64,000 nucleotides of DNA from an uncultured Acidimicrobiales bacterium (GTDB lineage Bacteria > Actinomycetota > Acidimicrobiia > Acidimicrobiales > SZUA-35): the NCBI GenBank assembly GCA_937922045.1, contig CAKZXA010000004.1, forward strand, positions 42,878-106,877, given 5' to 3'. Made by a program: the position numbers and the translations under genes. Each line of letters starts with the position of its first letter. The first letter of the stretch is position 1. The notes under the pieces were generated by a model. It saw only the letters and a list, made by a program, of their open reading frames with translations. It was not told where the DNA came from and ran no database searches. This document shows, one piece after another, positions 46,187-54,214 of this stretch.

Positions 46187-47317
46187 CTAGCGACTGGCCT
46201 CAGCCACGACAGCGGTGGCCGAATCCGAATCTGAAATCGACTCGGCTCCGTCGGGCAGAGCCGGCGGCGTCGGGGTGACCTGGAACAGCTTGTTCTTAAT
46301 CTTTGTCACAAAGCCGGCGATACCCCGAGGGGCAAAGAACACCACGATAATAAGAATCGAGCCGAAGATTGCCTGAGCCAGCGGACCAGCACCGTCGATC
46401 GTGTAGAAACCGAGCGGGATCTGTAGGCCCTTAACAAACTCCTTCACAAACACCACGACAAGGGCGCCGTAGATAGGCCCAGACAGCGACGCAACACCGC
46501 CCACCACGAGGGCCACCAGCAGGTCGACCATCAAGACGAAGGTGTAATCCTGTTCGGCAACAAATCCGGTGTTCATGGCCCACATCGAGCCAGCGAGACC
46601 ACCGAGCGCAGCGCTGATACCGAAGTTCAGCACCTTGGTTCGTCGCAGATTGACACCGCTGACGGCGGCACCTGTCTCGTTGTCACGGATAGCCACGATC
46701 GCTCGACCGGGACGACTCTTGAGCAGATTGGCCACCCCAAGAAACGCCAAGACGGCGAGGAACAGGATCGGGAAGTAGCGGAAGCGCGCTGGGTCTTCGG
46801 TGCTGAAACCAAGGTCCTGCGCCCACTGCGGAGGCATGAACTTCGGCTGCACGTTCTTACCGTTGACGCCACCGGTTCGTTCGGCGATCCCCCACAGTTC
46901 AAGTTTGGCCAAGCCAGGGAAAGCGGCGGCAAAGGCCACCGTCGCCATGGCTAGATACAGCCCCTTGATCCGTAGAGCCGGGATACCCAGCAGCAAGCCA
47001 CAGACAAACGCACCGATCATGGCGAACGGAATCGTGAAGTAGTAGCTCATGCCTTCGTCAGCGACCAAGCTGGCGGTGATGAAGGCGCCGATAGCGATGA
47101 ACGCACTCTGACAGAGAGCGAGCAAGCCTGCGTAGCCAACGACCAGGTTGAGGCCGAGAACGGCAACAGCCATCAGGATGGCACGGTTAGTTCGGCCAAC
47201 CAGCCACTCCGGAAGCACAAATGGAATGACAAAGAGCACGAACGCCAGCAGACCGAAACCGACCAATTTCGTCAGTCGATGCTGCGAGCTTCCCTGTTGA
47301 ACACGGATTGGAAACAT
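46187..47317 (-). CDS. livM: Branched-chain-amino-acid-type ABC permease (LivM-like)
   Basis: 376 aa. GYAGLLALCQSAFIAIGAF and multiple TM helices. Confidence 0.85.
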   Translation of the reverse strand: MFPIRVQQGSSQHRLTKLVGFGLLAFVLFVIPFVLPEWLVGRTNRAILMAVAVLGLNLVVGYAGLLALCQSAFIAIGAFITASLVADEGMSYYFTIPFAMIGAFVCGLLLGIPALRIKGLYLAMATVAFAAAFPGLAKLELWGIAERTGGVNGKNVQPKFMPPQWAQDLGFSTEDPARFRYFPILFLAVLAFLGVANLLKSRPGRAIVAIRDNETGAAVSGVNLRRTKVLNFGISAALGGLAGSMWAMNTGFVAEQDYTFVLMVDLLVALVVGGVASLSGPIYGALVVVFVKEFVKGLQIPLGFYTIDGAGPLAQAIFGSILIIVVFFAPRGIAGFVTKIKNKLFQVTPTPPALPDGAESISDSDSATAVVAEASR

Positions 47318-47329
47318 TGTGGCGTCCTC

Positions 47330-48250
47330 CTAGACCCGCTCGACCCGTTTGGTTCCGAACAGCCCGGAGGGGCGGAACCAAAGAGTACCCAGCAGCAACA
47401 ACAGTGGCGGAATGAGCGGTGTCGCCCGGAAATCCTTAAAGGCGTCGATGTCGGTAAGAAAACCGAGACCGACGCTATTGATCAGGCCGACAGCAAGACC
47501 GCCGATGGCGGCGCCCAGAACGCTATCGAGGCCACCGAAAGCAGCTGCGGCCAGAGCGTAGACAAGGACAAAGGCCATCATCTGCGGCTGCAGCGTGATA
47601 CGGGGGGCCACCAGGATGGCGCCGAGCGTTCCAAAGGCACAGGCCAAGGCCCAACCGAAGCTGAGTACACGTCCGACACGGATGCCGACAAGTCGCGAGG
47701 ACTCCGAGTTGGAGGAGACCGCTCGAAACGCCAAGCCCATCTTTGTCTTGTTCAGGATCACATAAATGACGCTGAGCATGAGCAAGAGGCTGAGCGTGAT
47801 ACCGACCGCATCGTAGAAGAGGTTGGCACCACCGATCGTCCACTTGTCATCGAAGTTGTTCGGGAACAGGCTCGGCATGATCCGCGGCTGGTAGTTCCAA
47901 ATCTGGCCAGCCAAGGCATTCACGATATAGAAGACCCCGAGCGTGATCAGCACGACCGGTAAGTGGTCGTCTGGGTCGAACGATCGCAGAAGCGCTCGCT
48001 CGATGCCCATGCCGAGAAGGGCCGAGAGGGCCATAGCGAAGATGATGGCGAGCACCATCGGCAGCTGTAGCGCCTGTACGGCAAAGACATAGGCGAAGAA
48101 GGCACCGATCATCGCCAACTCGCCTTGGGCGAAGTTGATGAGCGTGGTTGCCTTGAAGATCAGCACCATGGCCACCGCTACGGTGGCGTACACGGCACCG
48201 GTCGAGACACCGTCAAAGATGCGCTGAAGTAAGAGTGTTGATGTACTCAT
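47330..48250 (-). CDS. livH: Branched-chain-amino-acid-type ABC permease (LivH-like)
   Basis: 306 aa. LLQRIFDGVSTGAVYATVAVAMVLIFKATTLINFAQGELAM. Confidence 0.85.
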   Translation of the reverse strand: MSTSTLLLQRIFDGVSTGAVYATVAVAMVLIFKATTLINFAQGELAMIGAFFAYVFAVQALQLPMVLAIIFAMALSALLGMGIERALLRSFDPDDHLPVVLITLGVFYIVNALAGQIWNYQPRIMPSLFPNNFDDKWTIGGANLFYDAVGITLSLLLMLSVIYVILNKTKMGLAFRAVSSNSESSRLVGIRVGRVLSFGWALACAFGTLGAILVAPRITLQPQMMAFVLVYALAAAAFGGLDSVLGAAIGGLAVGLINSVGLGFLTDIDAFKDFRATPLIPPLLLLLGTLWFRPSGLFGTKRVERV

Positions 48251-48331
48251 TGGGCTCCTCCTAGCTCACGCAGGCTTGGGTTGATGGCCGACAGAAAAAG
48301 AGACGGCCCGGACAGCGGAATTGGGTTCGTA

Positions 48332-49054
48332 TCACGCACCGAGGTAAGCCTCCTGAACGGCGGGGTCATTCTTGAGCTTCTCGGCATCGCCAGCCAGCGC
48401 GATTTCGCCAGCCTCAAGCACATAGCCACGGTCGGCGATGTTGAGTGCCAAGTTGGCGTTCTGCTCGACGATGAGCATGGTCACGCCCTCCTCTGAGTTG
48501 AGGCGAGAGAAGGTATCGAAGAGATTCTCGATGATGATGGGGGCCAAGCCGAGCGACGGCTCGTCGAGCAGCAACAACTTGGGCCGTGACATCAAGGCTC
48601 GAGAGACGGCGAGCATCTGCTGCTCACCACCGGAGAGAGAACCAGCGGTTTGATTGCGGCGCTCCTTGAGCACCGGGAACATGTCGAACCAGCGGGTGAT
48701 GTCTTCTTCGATGGCCTTGCGATCCTTGCGGACGTAGGCACCGATCATCAGGTTGTCATAGGTCGACAACTCAGGGAACGTTCCCCGACCCTGTGGCACA
48801 TGGGCCAGGCCACGGGCGACGATCGAACCGGTATCGGCGTTCGATACGTCGACGCCGTCGACTTCAATCGTGCCCGACGAATCGACGATAGGCATATTGC
48901 AGATCGAGCGAAGCGTTGTCGTCTTGCCGGAGCCATTGGCGCCGAGCACCACGACGACTTCGCCTTCACCCACTTCGAAGTTAAGGCCGCGCAGCACATC
49001 GATCTGGCCGTAACTCGCCTCCAAGTTCGAGACTCGCAATGTTGGTGTCGTCAT
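48332..49054 (-). CDS. livF: Branched-chain-amino-acid-type ABC ATP-binding protein (LivF-like)
   Basis: 240 aa. Walker A GANGSGKTT, LSGGEQQMLAVSRA, LLLLDEPSLGLAP and a C-terminal QEAYLGA. Confidence 0.9.
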   Translation of the reverse strand: MTTPTLRVSNLEASYGQIDVLRGLNFEVGEGEVVVVLGANGSGKTTTLRSICNMPIVDSSGTIEVDGVDVSNADTGSIVARGLAHVPQGRGTFPELSTYDNLMIGAYVRKDRKAIEEDITRWFDMFPVLKERRNQTAGSLSGGEQQMLAVSRALMSRPKLLLLDEPSLGLAPIIIENLFDTFSRLNSEEGVTMLIVEQNANLALNIADRGYVLEAGEIALAGDAEKLKNDPAVQEAYLGA

Positions 49055-49815
49055 GCTGCTTGACCTCCGAGATAGGCGGCGATCACGTCGGGGTTATTGC
49101 GGACGATGCCTGGATCGCCTTCGGCGATCTTCTTGCCGAAGTTCATGACGACGATCTTCTCCGAGATCGCCATCACCATGCGCATATGGTGCTCGACCAG
49201 GAGCACGGTCAGGTTGTACTTGTCGCGCAGCGCCTTGATGTCGCCCGCCAGGTCGTCGACCTCGGCATGGGTGAGACCACTCGCTGGCTCATCGAGCATC
49301 AATATCTTCGGATCGCCGACGAGGGCTCGTGCCAGTTCGATTCGCTTCAGCGTTCCGAAGGGAAGGCCAGCGGCAGGATGAAAGGCATGCTGATGAAGAT
49401 CCAGCTCGTGGAGGGCGGCGTAGGAGCGCTCCTCAAGATCCTTCTCTTCGGCCTTGGTACCGAACTTCAGCATCGACTTTACGAAGCCAGACTTGGTGTT
49501 GGCGTGGCCACCCACCATGACGTTCTCCAGCACGGTCAGACCGGGCCACAACGCGAGGTTCTGGAAAGTCCGATACACGCCCTGGGCACTGATGTCGTGC
49601 GGGGCGAGAGCGAGTAGATCTTTGCCGTCGAAGGTAACGGAACCTTCGGTCGGGTCATAGATTCGGCTAACGACGTTGAACAACGTCGTCTTTCCTGCAC
49701 CATTCGGGCCGATAAGTCCACAAATCTGACCTTCGTCGATTGTGAACGTCAATCCGTCCAGTGCCAAGATGCCGCCAAATCGGACCGTGATATCACGGAC
49801 GTCCAGCATTGCCAT
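49051..49815 (-). CDS. livG: Branched-chain-amino-acid-type ABC ATP-binding protein (LivG-like)
   Basis: 254 aa. GPNGAGKTT, LMLDEPASGL and a C-terminal LivG-type tail (NPDVIAAYLG). It overlaps livF by 4 nt. Confidence 0.9.
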   Translation of the reverse strand: MAMLDVRDITVRFGGILALDGLTFTIDEGQICGLIGPNGAGKTTLFNVVSRIYDPTEGSVTFDGKDLLALAPHDISAQGVYRTFQNLALWPGLTVLENVMVGGHANTKSGFVKSMLKFGTKAEEKDLEERSYAALHELDLHQHAFHPAAGLPFGTLKRIELARALVGDPKILMLDEPASGLTHAEVDDLAGDIKALRDKYNLTVLLVEHHMRMVMAISEKIVVMNFGKKIAEGDPGIVRNNPDVIAAYLGGQAA

Positions 49816-50014
49816 GTGGTCAGCTCCCCCTATTCGTCGTCGTGACGTACGAATGACCTAGCTCGGTTGTGCGTTCGCACTCATTAGGTCCTCTATGTAT
49901 TAACGCAGTTGGCTCAGGGCCGCAACTTCACAAGGATGACAGTTCAGCAACGGCTGTAAACCAGCGACAAGCAATTCTGACCCATTTACCACTTCCCAAG
50001 CGGACGGGAGACCC

Positions 50015-50725
50015 CTACGCTCCCGCATCGTCGACAGCGGTGGTGACGTCGACCGGTGGCTCGGTAATCGAGAAGCGCTCAAGAACGTCGGCGTCGCTCA
50101 TCGACATCACCACGTCCAACAAGGCGCCAGGATAGTGAAGCGATGGTTTGCGTGGGTCGAGCGCTGGCTGTGCTACGGCGGTGGATGGGCGCTCGTAGGG
50201 CGCCGGATGCTTCATGGCTTCGACCTCATCGATCGAGATGCCGCACAGGTCGCGAACCTCGGGATCGATCCACGCTTCCTCATCGATTCCAGCGCCACAG
50301 CTGATCTCCAAACTCAGGCCCTCCGGGCCGGCGAAGTAGATCGACTGCACCATGCCATGGTCGATCGGCCCAAGAACCTGAACGCCTCGGTTCCGGATGC
50401 GATCGCGCATAGCCAAGACCCCGTCCAGGTCATCCATATGAAGGGCCACATGTTGCATGGCGCCTCCTGCCACCGGCGACGCAGCATTGCCAGCGTGGGT
50501 CACTCCCCATTCGATCGAGTCGGGGTTCTGCGGATGCTGCACAAAGGCGACATAGCTATCGGCGGCCAGTTCGACGAAGCCATGGATCGCATCGGGAACA
50601 CCGTGCATCCAGTAGAGCGCTTTGAGAGGACAGCCCAGTACGTCGCACCAGAACTCGAGCTGGGCTTTCATGTTGGTGGTCGACAAGGCCAGATGGTTGA
50701 CGCCTGAGGGGTGTAGTGACGGCAT
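50015..50725 (-). CDS. VOC-superfamily protein (glyoxalase / extradiol-dioxygenase fold)
   Basis: Two beta-alpha-beta-beta-beta modules (GVNHLALSTTNMKAQLEFW; MQHVALHMDDLDGVLAM). ATG 50725 is chosen as the start. The ORF track extends to 50860, which would overlap the gnd start. Confidence 0.65.
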   Translation of the reverse strand: MPSLHPSGVNHLALSTTNMKAQLEFWCDVLGCPLKALYWMHGVPDAIHGFVELAADSYVAFVQHPQNPDSIEWGVTHAGNAASPVAGGAMQHVALHMDDLDGVLAMRDRIRNRGVQVLGPIDHGMVQSIYFAGPEGLSLEISCGAGIDEEAWIDPEVRDLCGISIDEVEAMKHPAPYERPSTAVAQPALDPRKPSLHYPGALLDVVMSMSDADVLERFSITEPPVDVTTAVDDAGA

Positions 50726-50769
50726 GGGACCATTGTCGTCGATCTGATCGGGCTCCACCAGAGCAAGCT

Positions 50770-50797
50770 GGTAGACCACCTGGCTTGGGTAGACCAC
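50770..50797. promoter_or_regulatory. Perfect 10-bp direct repeat (18-bp period) in the VOC / gnd-zwf divergent region
   Basis: GGTAGACCAC at 50770-50779 and again at 50788-50797, 30-60 bp upstream of the GTG start of gnd. It is intergenic only if the VOC gene starts at 50725. Confidence 0.3.
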
Positions 50798-50827
50798 ATG
50801 GCTAGCCGACTCTGATAGACAGGACTT

Positions 50828-51907
50828 GTGTCTCAAGCTCCAGCAAGTACCACCCCCCAACTCGGACTCATCGGCCTAGGCCGCATGGGCGCCAACATGA
50901 CCCGCCGGCTCGCCGCCGCTGGCATCGATGTGATCGCCTACGACCGCGACCCTGAACGAGCAGCGGCACTGGCCGACGACGGGGTGGCCAGAGCGGCCAG
51001 CAGCGTCGAGGAACTCGTAGCCGGGCTCGAGGGGCCGCGCTCGATCTGGATCATGGTCCCCGCCGCCTTCGTCGGCGATGTGATCGAAGATCTGATCCCC
51101 CACCTAAGCCCGAACGACACCATCATCGATGGTGGCAACACGCACTACCCTCTCGACCTTGAACGGGCACGGCGGCTCGGTGACCATGATGTTCACATGG
51201 TCGATGTTGGAACCAGCGGCGGTGTCCATGGCCTGGAGAGAGGCTATTGCTTGATGATCGGCGGGGAGACCGAACCGGTCGAACGCCTCACCCCTATCTT
51301 CGAGGCGTTGGCTCCCGGCGTCGATGCCGCCGAACGTTCCTACGGGCGCGACGGTGAGGTGGCCCAGGCCGAAAAGGGTTATCTTCACTGCGGTCCCGTC
51401 GGCTCCGGTCACTTCGTGAAGATGGTGCACAACGGCATCGAGTACGCCATGATGGCCGCCTACGCCGAAGGCTTCGCCCTCCTGAGCAGGGCCAACATCG
51501 GTTCGGCATCCCGGGCCGACGATGCCGAAACGGCCCCGCTCAGCGATCCCCGCCTGTACGACTACGACATAGCGGTAAACGACGTGGCTGAGGTATGGCG
51601 ACGGGGCAGCGTCATCGGCTCTTGGTTGCTCGATCTCACCGCTGAAGCACTAGTCGCTGACCCTGCCCTCGATGCGTATCAGGGCCGCGTGTCGGACTCG
51701 GGCGAAGGACGTTGGACCGCTCTCGCCGCCATCGAAACCGGCACGCCAACGCCCACCATCGTCGACGCTCTGTTCAGCCGATTCTCCTCGCGCGACAACG
51801 ATCTGTTTGCCAACAAAGTCCTCTCCGCCATGCGTGCTGGTTTTGGCGGCCATGTAGAACGAGCGACCGATCCTACGCCCGGAAACGACCCAGGGAGCAC
51901 CACATGA
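50828..51907 (+). CDS. gnd: 6-phosphogluconate dehydrogenase, short (YqeC/Gnd-like, decarboxylating) form
   Basis: GTG start. GLIGLGRMGANMTRRL Rossmann motif, IIDGGNTHY, DVGTSGGVHGLERGYCLMIGG and GHFVKMVHNGIEYAMM. Confidence 0.85.
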   Translation: MSQAPASTTPQLGLIGLGRMGANMTRRLAAAGIDVIAYDRDPERAAALADDGVARAASSVEELVAGLEGPRSIWIMVPAAFVGDVIEDLIPHLSPNDTIIDGGNTHYPLDLERARRLGDHDVHMVDVGTSGGVHGLERGYCLMIGGETEPVERLTPIFEALAPGVDAAERSYGRDGEVAQAEKGYLHCGPVGSGHFVKMVHNGIEYAMMAAYAEGFALLSRANIGSASRADDAETAPLSDPRLYDYDIAVNDVAEVWRRGSVIGSWLLDLTAEALVADPALDAYQGRVSDSGEGRWTALAAIETGTPTPTIVDALFSRFSSRDNDLFANKVLSAMRAGFGGHVERATDPTPGNDPGSTT

Positions 51908-53295
51908 GCACAGTCAGCCACGCCGCCGACGCACTGATTCTGTTCGGCATCACCGGAGACCTGGCCCGACGCAAGCTGTTCAGCGCTCTTTACGGGCTTG
52001 AGAAATCCGCTCTTCTCGACGGACCCGTCGTCGGGGTTGCCTCGCGGCCCTGGTCGGACGACGATCTACACGAGGCCGCACGAACCGCCCTCGAACACGA
52101 CGTCGCCGATGCCCCCGACGAGGCGATCGACGAGTCGGTGTGGGCCCGACTCAAAGGCCGCCTGACCTACGTGGCTGGCGACTATCGGGAACCCGACACC
52201 TTCGACCGGGTGGCGGCCGCGGTGGGCGAGTCCGCCCGTCCGGTGTCGTATCTCGCCATCCCCCCGTTCCTGTTCACCACGGTCGTTCAAGGGCTGGGAG
52301 CAGTCGGCTTGAACCGGGGCAGCGTGGTGTTGGAGAAGCCGTTCGGTCGAGACACCGAAACCGCTCGCGCTCTCGACACCGAGGTCAAGGAGCACTTTGA
52401 CGAGGAGCGCATTTTCCGCATCGACCATTTCCTCGGCAAAGAGCCCGTCCTCAACCTCATGGTGTTCCGCTTCGCCAACTCGATCCTTGAACCCCTCTGG
52501 AATCGCCACCACATCACCAGCGTGACCATCACCATGTCTGAAGCGTTTGGCGTGGAAGGACGAGGCAAGTTCTACGCCGAGGTCGGCGCCCTGCGAGACG
52601 TGGTGCAGAATCACCTGCTCCAGGTGCTTGCTCTGTTGGCTATGGAGCCACCGGTTTCCGACGACGCCGACTCACTGTCCGACGAGGTGGTCAAGGTGCT
52701 TCGCTCCATGCGACCTTTCGACCCGGCCAAGACCTACCGGGGGCAGTACACGGGTGATGGCGAACGTCCAGGGTTTCTCGATGAAGACGGCGTCGAGACC
52801 AACGCCGACACCGAGACCATGGTGCTGATCGACGCCGAGATCGACTCCTGGCGTTGGGCCGGGGTTCCGTGGCGCATCCAAACCGGCAAGGCGCTGGCGA
52901 GGACCTACACGGAGGCTGTGATCGAGTTCAGCCAGCCGCCTCGGCCACTCTTCGCCGCCGACGCTTGCGCGCCGGAACCCAACCGTCTGCGCTTCAGGAT
53001 GAAACCCGACTCAACCATCGAATTCGAGATGGAGGCCAAGTCACCGGGTGCCTTGCTCACGAGTGAAACCGTGCAGCTTTCGCTAGTACCGATGGAAGAC
53101 GACGAGGCCATCAGCCCCTATGAGCGTCTCCTGGGCGACGCAATCGCAGGAGACAGGCGTCTCTTTGCCCGGTGGGATCAGGTCGACCTTGCCTGGCAGA
53201 TCGTGCAGCCGATTCTCGACAACCCTCCCCCGCTGCATCTCTATCGCTATGGCGCGACGGTCGACGAAGCGAGCGACCAGCTTCACCGTTCCTAG
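51904..53295 (+). CDS. zwf: Glucose-6-phosphate 1-dehydrogenase
   Basis: ATG 51904 overlaps the gnd stop as ATGA (the ORF-track upstream extension is Arg-rich). LILFGITGDLARRKLF (NADP site), RIDHFLGKE (active-site motif) and VQNHLLQ. Confidence 0.9.
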   Translation: MSTVSHAADALILFGITGDLARRKLFSALYGLEKSALLDGPVVGVASRPWSDDDLHEAARTALEHDVADAPDEAIDESVWARLKGRLTYVAGDYREPDTFDRVAAAVGESARPVSYLAIPPFLFTTVVQGLGAVGLNRGSVVLEKPFGRDTETARALDTEVKEHFDEERIFRIDHFLGKEPVLNLMVFRFANSILEPLWNRHHITSVTITMSEAFGVEGRGKFYAEVGALRDVVQNHLLQVLALLAMEPPVSDDADSLSDEVVKVLRSMRPFDPAKTYRGQYTGDGERPGFLDEDGVETNADTETMVLIDAEIDSWRWAGVPWRIQTGKALARTYTEAVIEFSQPPRPLFAADACAPEPNRLRFRMKPDSTIEFEMEAKSPGALLTSETVQLSLVPMEDDEAISPYERLLGDAIAGDRRLFARWDQVDLAWQIVQPILDNPPPLHLYRYGATVDEASDQLHRS

Positions 53296-53310
53296 GGCCG
53301 CTCGCTCGCG

Positions 53311-53757
53311 TCAGAGCGCACGGAGTGCCTCGAGGGCCTTGTTGGCGTGGCTGTTCATGTCGGTCTCACTTTTCAAGACCGCCTTTACCCGGCGATCGGC
53401 ACCAACCACGTAGGTAACCCGCTTGATCGGGAGGGGCCCGAACCGGGCGACACCGAACTGCCGGGCGACCATCTTGTTCGGATCGGACAGAAGGGGAAAG
53501 CCCAACTGGTTTGCTTCTGCGAACGCCTGCTGCTGATCGGACCGATCAGGCGACACTCCAACGATCCTTGCCCCGAGTTCTTCGAACTCCGACGACAGAT
53601 CGCGAAAGTGACATGATTCCTTCGTTCAACCGGGGGTCATGGCCTTGATGTAGAAGTAGATGACCAGGGGGCCCTGTGTGATCAGCGAATCGAACGTGAC
53701 CGTTTGACCCGACTGATCGACGAGAGCGAAATCTTCGACGGTGTCTCCGACCTTCAT
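53311..53757 (-). CDS. bcp: Bcp-type (AhpC/TSA family) thiol peroxidase with an in-frame TGA (53626-53628) at the peroxidatic Cys codon: candidate selenoprotein, alternatively a nonsense pseudogene
   Basis: My own translation from ATG 53757 is MKVGDTVEDFALVDQSGQTVTFDSLITQGPLVIYFYIKAMTPG-TGA-TKESCHFRDLSSEFEELGARIVGVSPDRSDQQQAFAEANQLGFPLLSDPNK...ALRAL. It is one frame, 148 codons, with a single interruption. The ORF track lists only the last 81 aa (53311-53556). Confidence 0.6.
53598..53631 (-). other. Stem-loop that includes and follows the in-frame UGA (candidate bacterial SECIS element; a second hairpin lies at 53573-53591)
   Basis: RNA GGUUG-AA-CGAAGG-AAUCAUGUCA-CUUUCG-CGAUC. It has a 6-bp upper stem (one G-U), a 2-nt bulge and a 5-bp lower stem (two G-U), and the apical loop contains GU. 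The second hairpin is GAGUU-CGAAG-AACUC. Neither is a textbook match in spacing. Confidence 0.3.
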
Positions 53758-53879
53758 GCTCCGTGCTCCATTCCGGTTGACGCCATAGCGTTGACTCTAG
53801 AACAGGTGAACCCCGCAGTGCCGGGTCACAGAAGCGAAGTTAGGTCAACGGGGTGCGGCTAGAAGGTCGAGTAGCTCGT

Positions 53880-54098
53880 TCACCGAACCACCGTTGGCAA
53901 GCCCACCGACCGATTTGCGGATCTCGCCGCTTCGCTGAGCCCCAAGAACAGGCACCGCACTGTGGTCCGGCCTCCGGCTGCCACACCAACCAGATCGAGC
54001 AGGCACCTCTCAGCCTGGCGAGTGACAGCGGGCGGAAGGTCGTTCGCCGTGGTCTCGTGAAGGAAGTCGAGCACGTGGTTCGAGGACGCCATGGTCAT
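53880..54098 (-). pseudogene. Probable N-terminal remnant of an MmgE/PrpD-family gene
   Basis: M(T)MASSNHVLDFLHETTANDLPPAVTRQAERCLLDLVGVAAGG matches the characteristic PrpD N-terminus (..DLP..V...AkrClLD.lG.alAG). The frame stops after ~70 codons, and only ~120 bp remain before the next gene, whereas the family is ~450 aa. Confidence 0.35.
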
Positions 54099-54214
54099 GG
54101 CGCGAACACTATCCTCGCTCCAGATGGTGGGCAAGCATCGAGCATGGGCGCAAAGCGAAGGGCAGCAAAAGCTCTGATTGTATGGTGCCATACAATTACG
54201 CCTAAACTGGCGAT

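Noticed and set aside
49816-50014. 199-bp leader upstream of livG examined for a tRNA, riboswitch or T-box-like element
   Set aside because: I could find no tRNA-like arms and no conserved riboswitch core. There are only a weak 6-bp inverted repeat (ATTCGT-n11-ACGAAT near 49836-49858) and a 4-bp hairpin after the VOC stop, which is insufficient evidence.
51712-51903. Upstream extension of the zwf ORF
   Set aside because: The extension overlaps the 3' end of gnd and is Arg/His-rich. ATG 51904 gives the canonical Zwf N-terminus and an ATGA junction with gnd.
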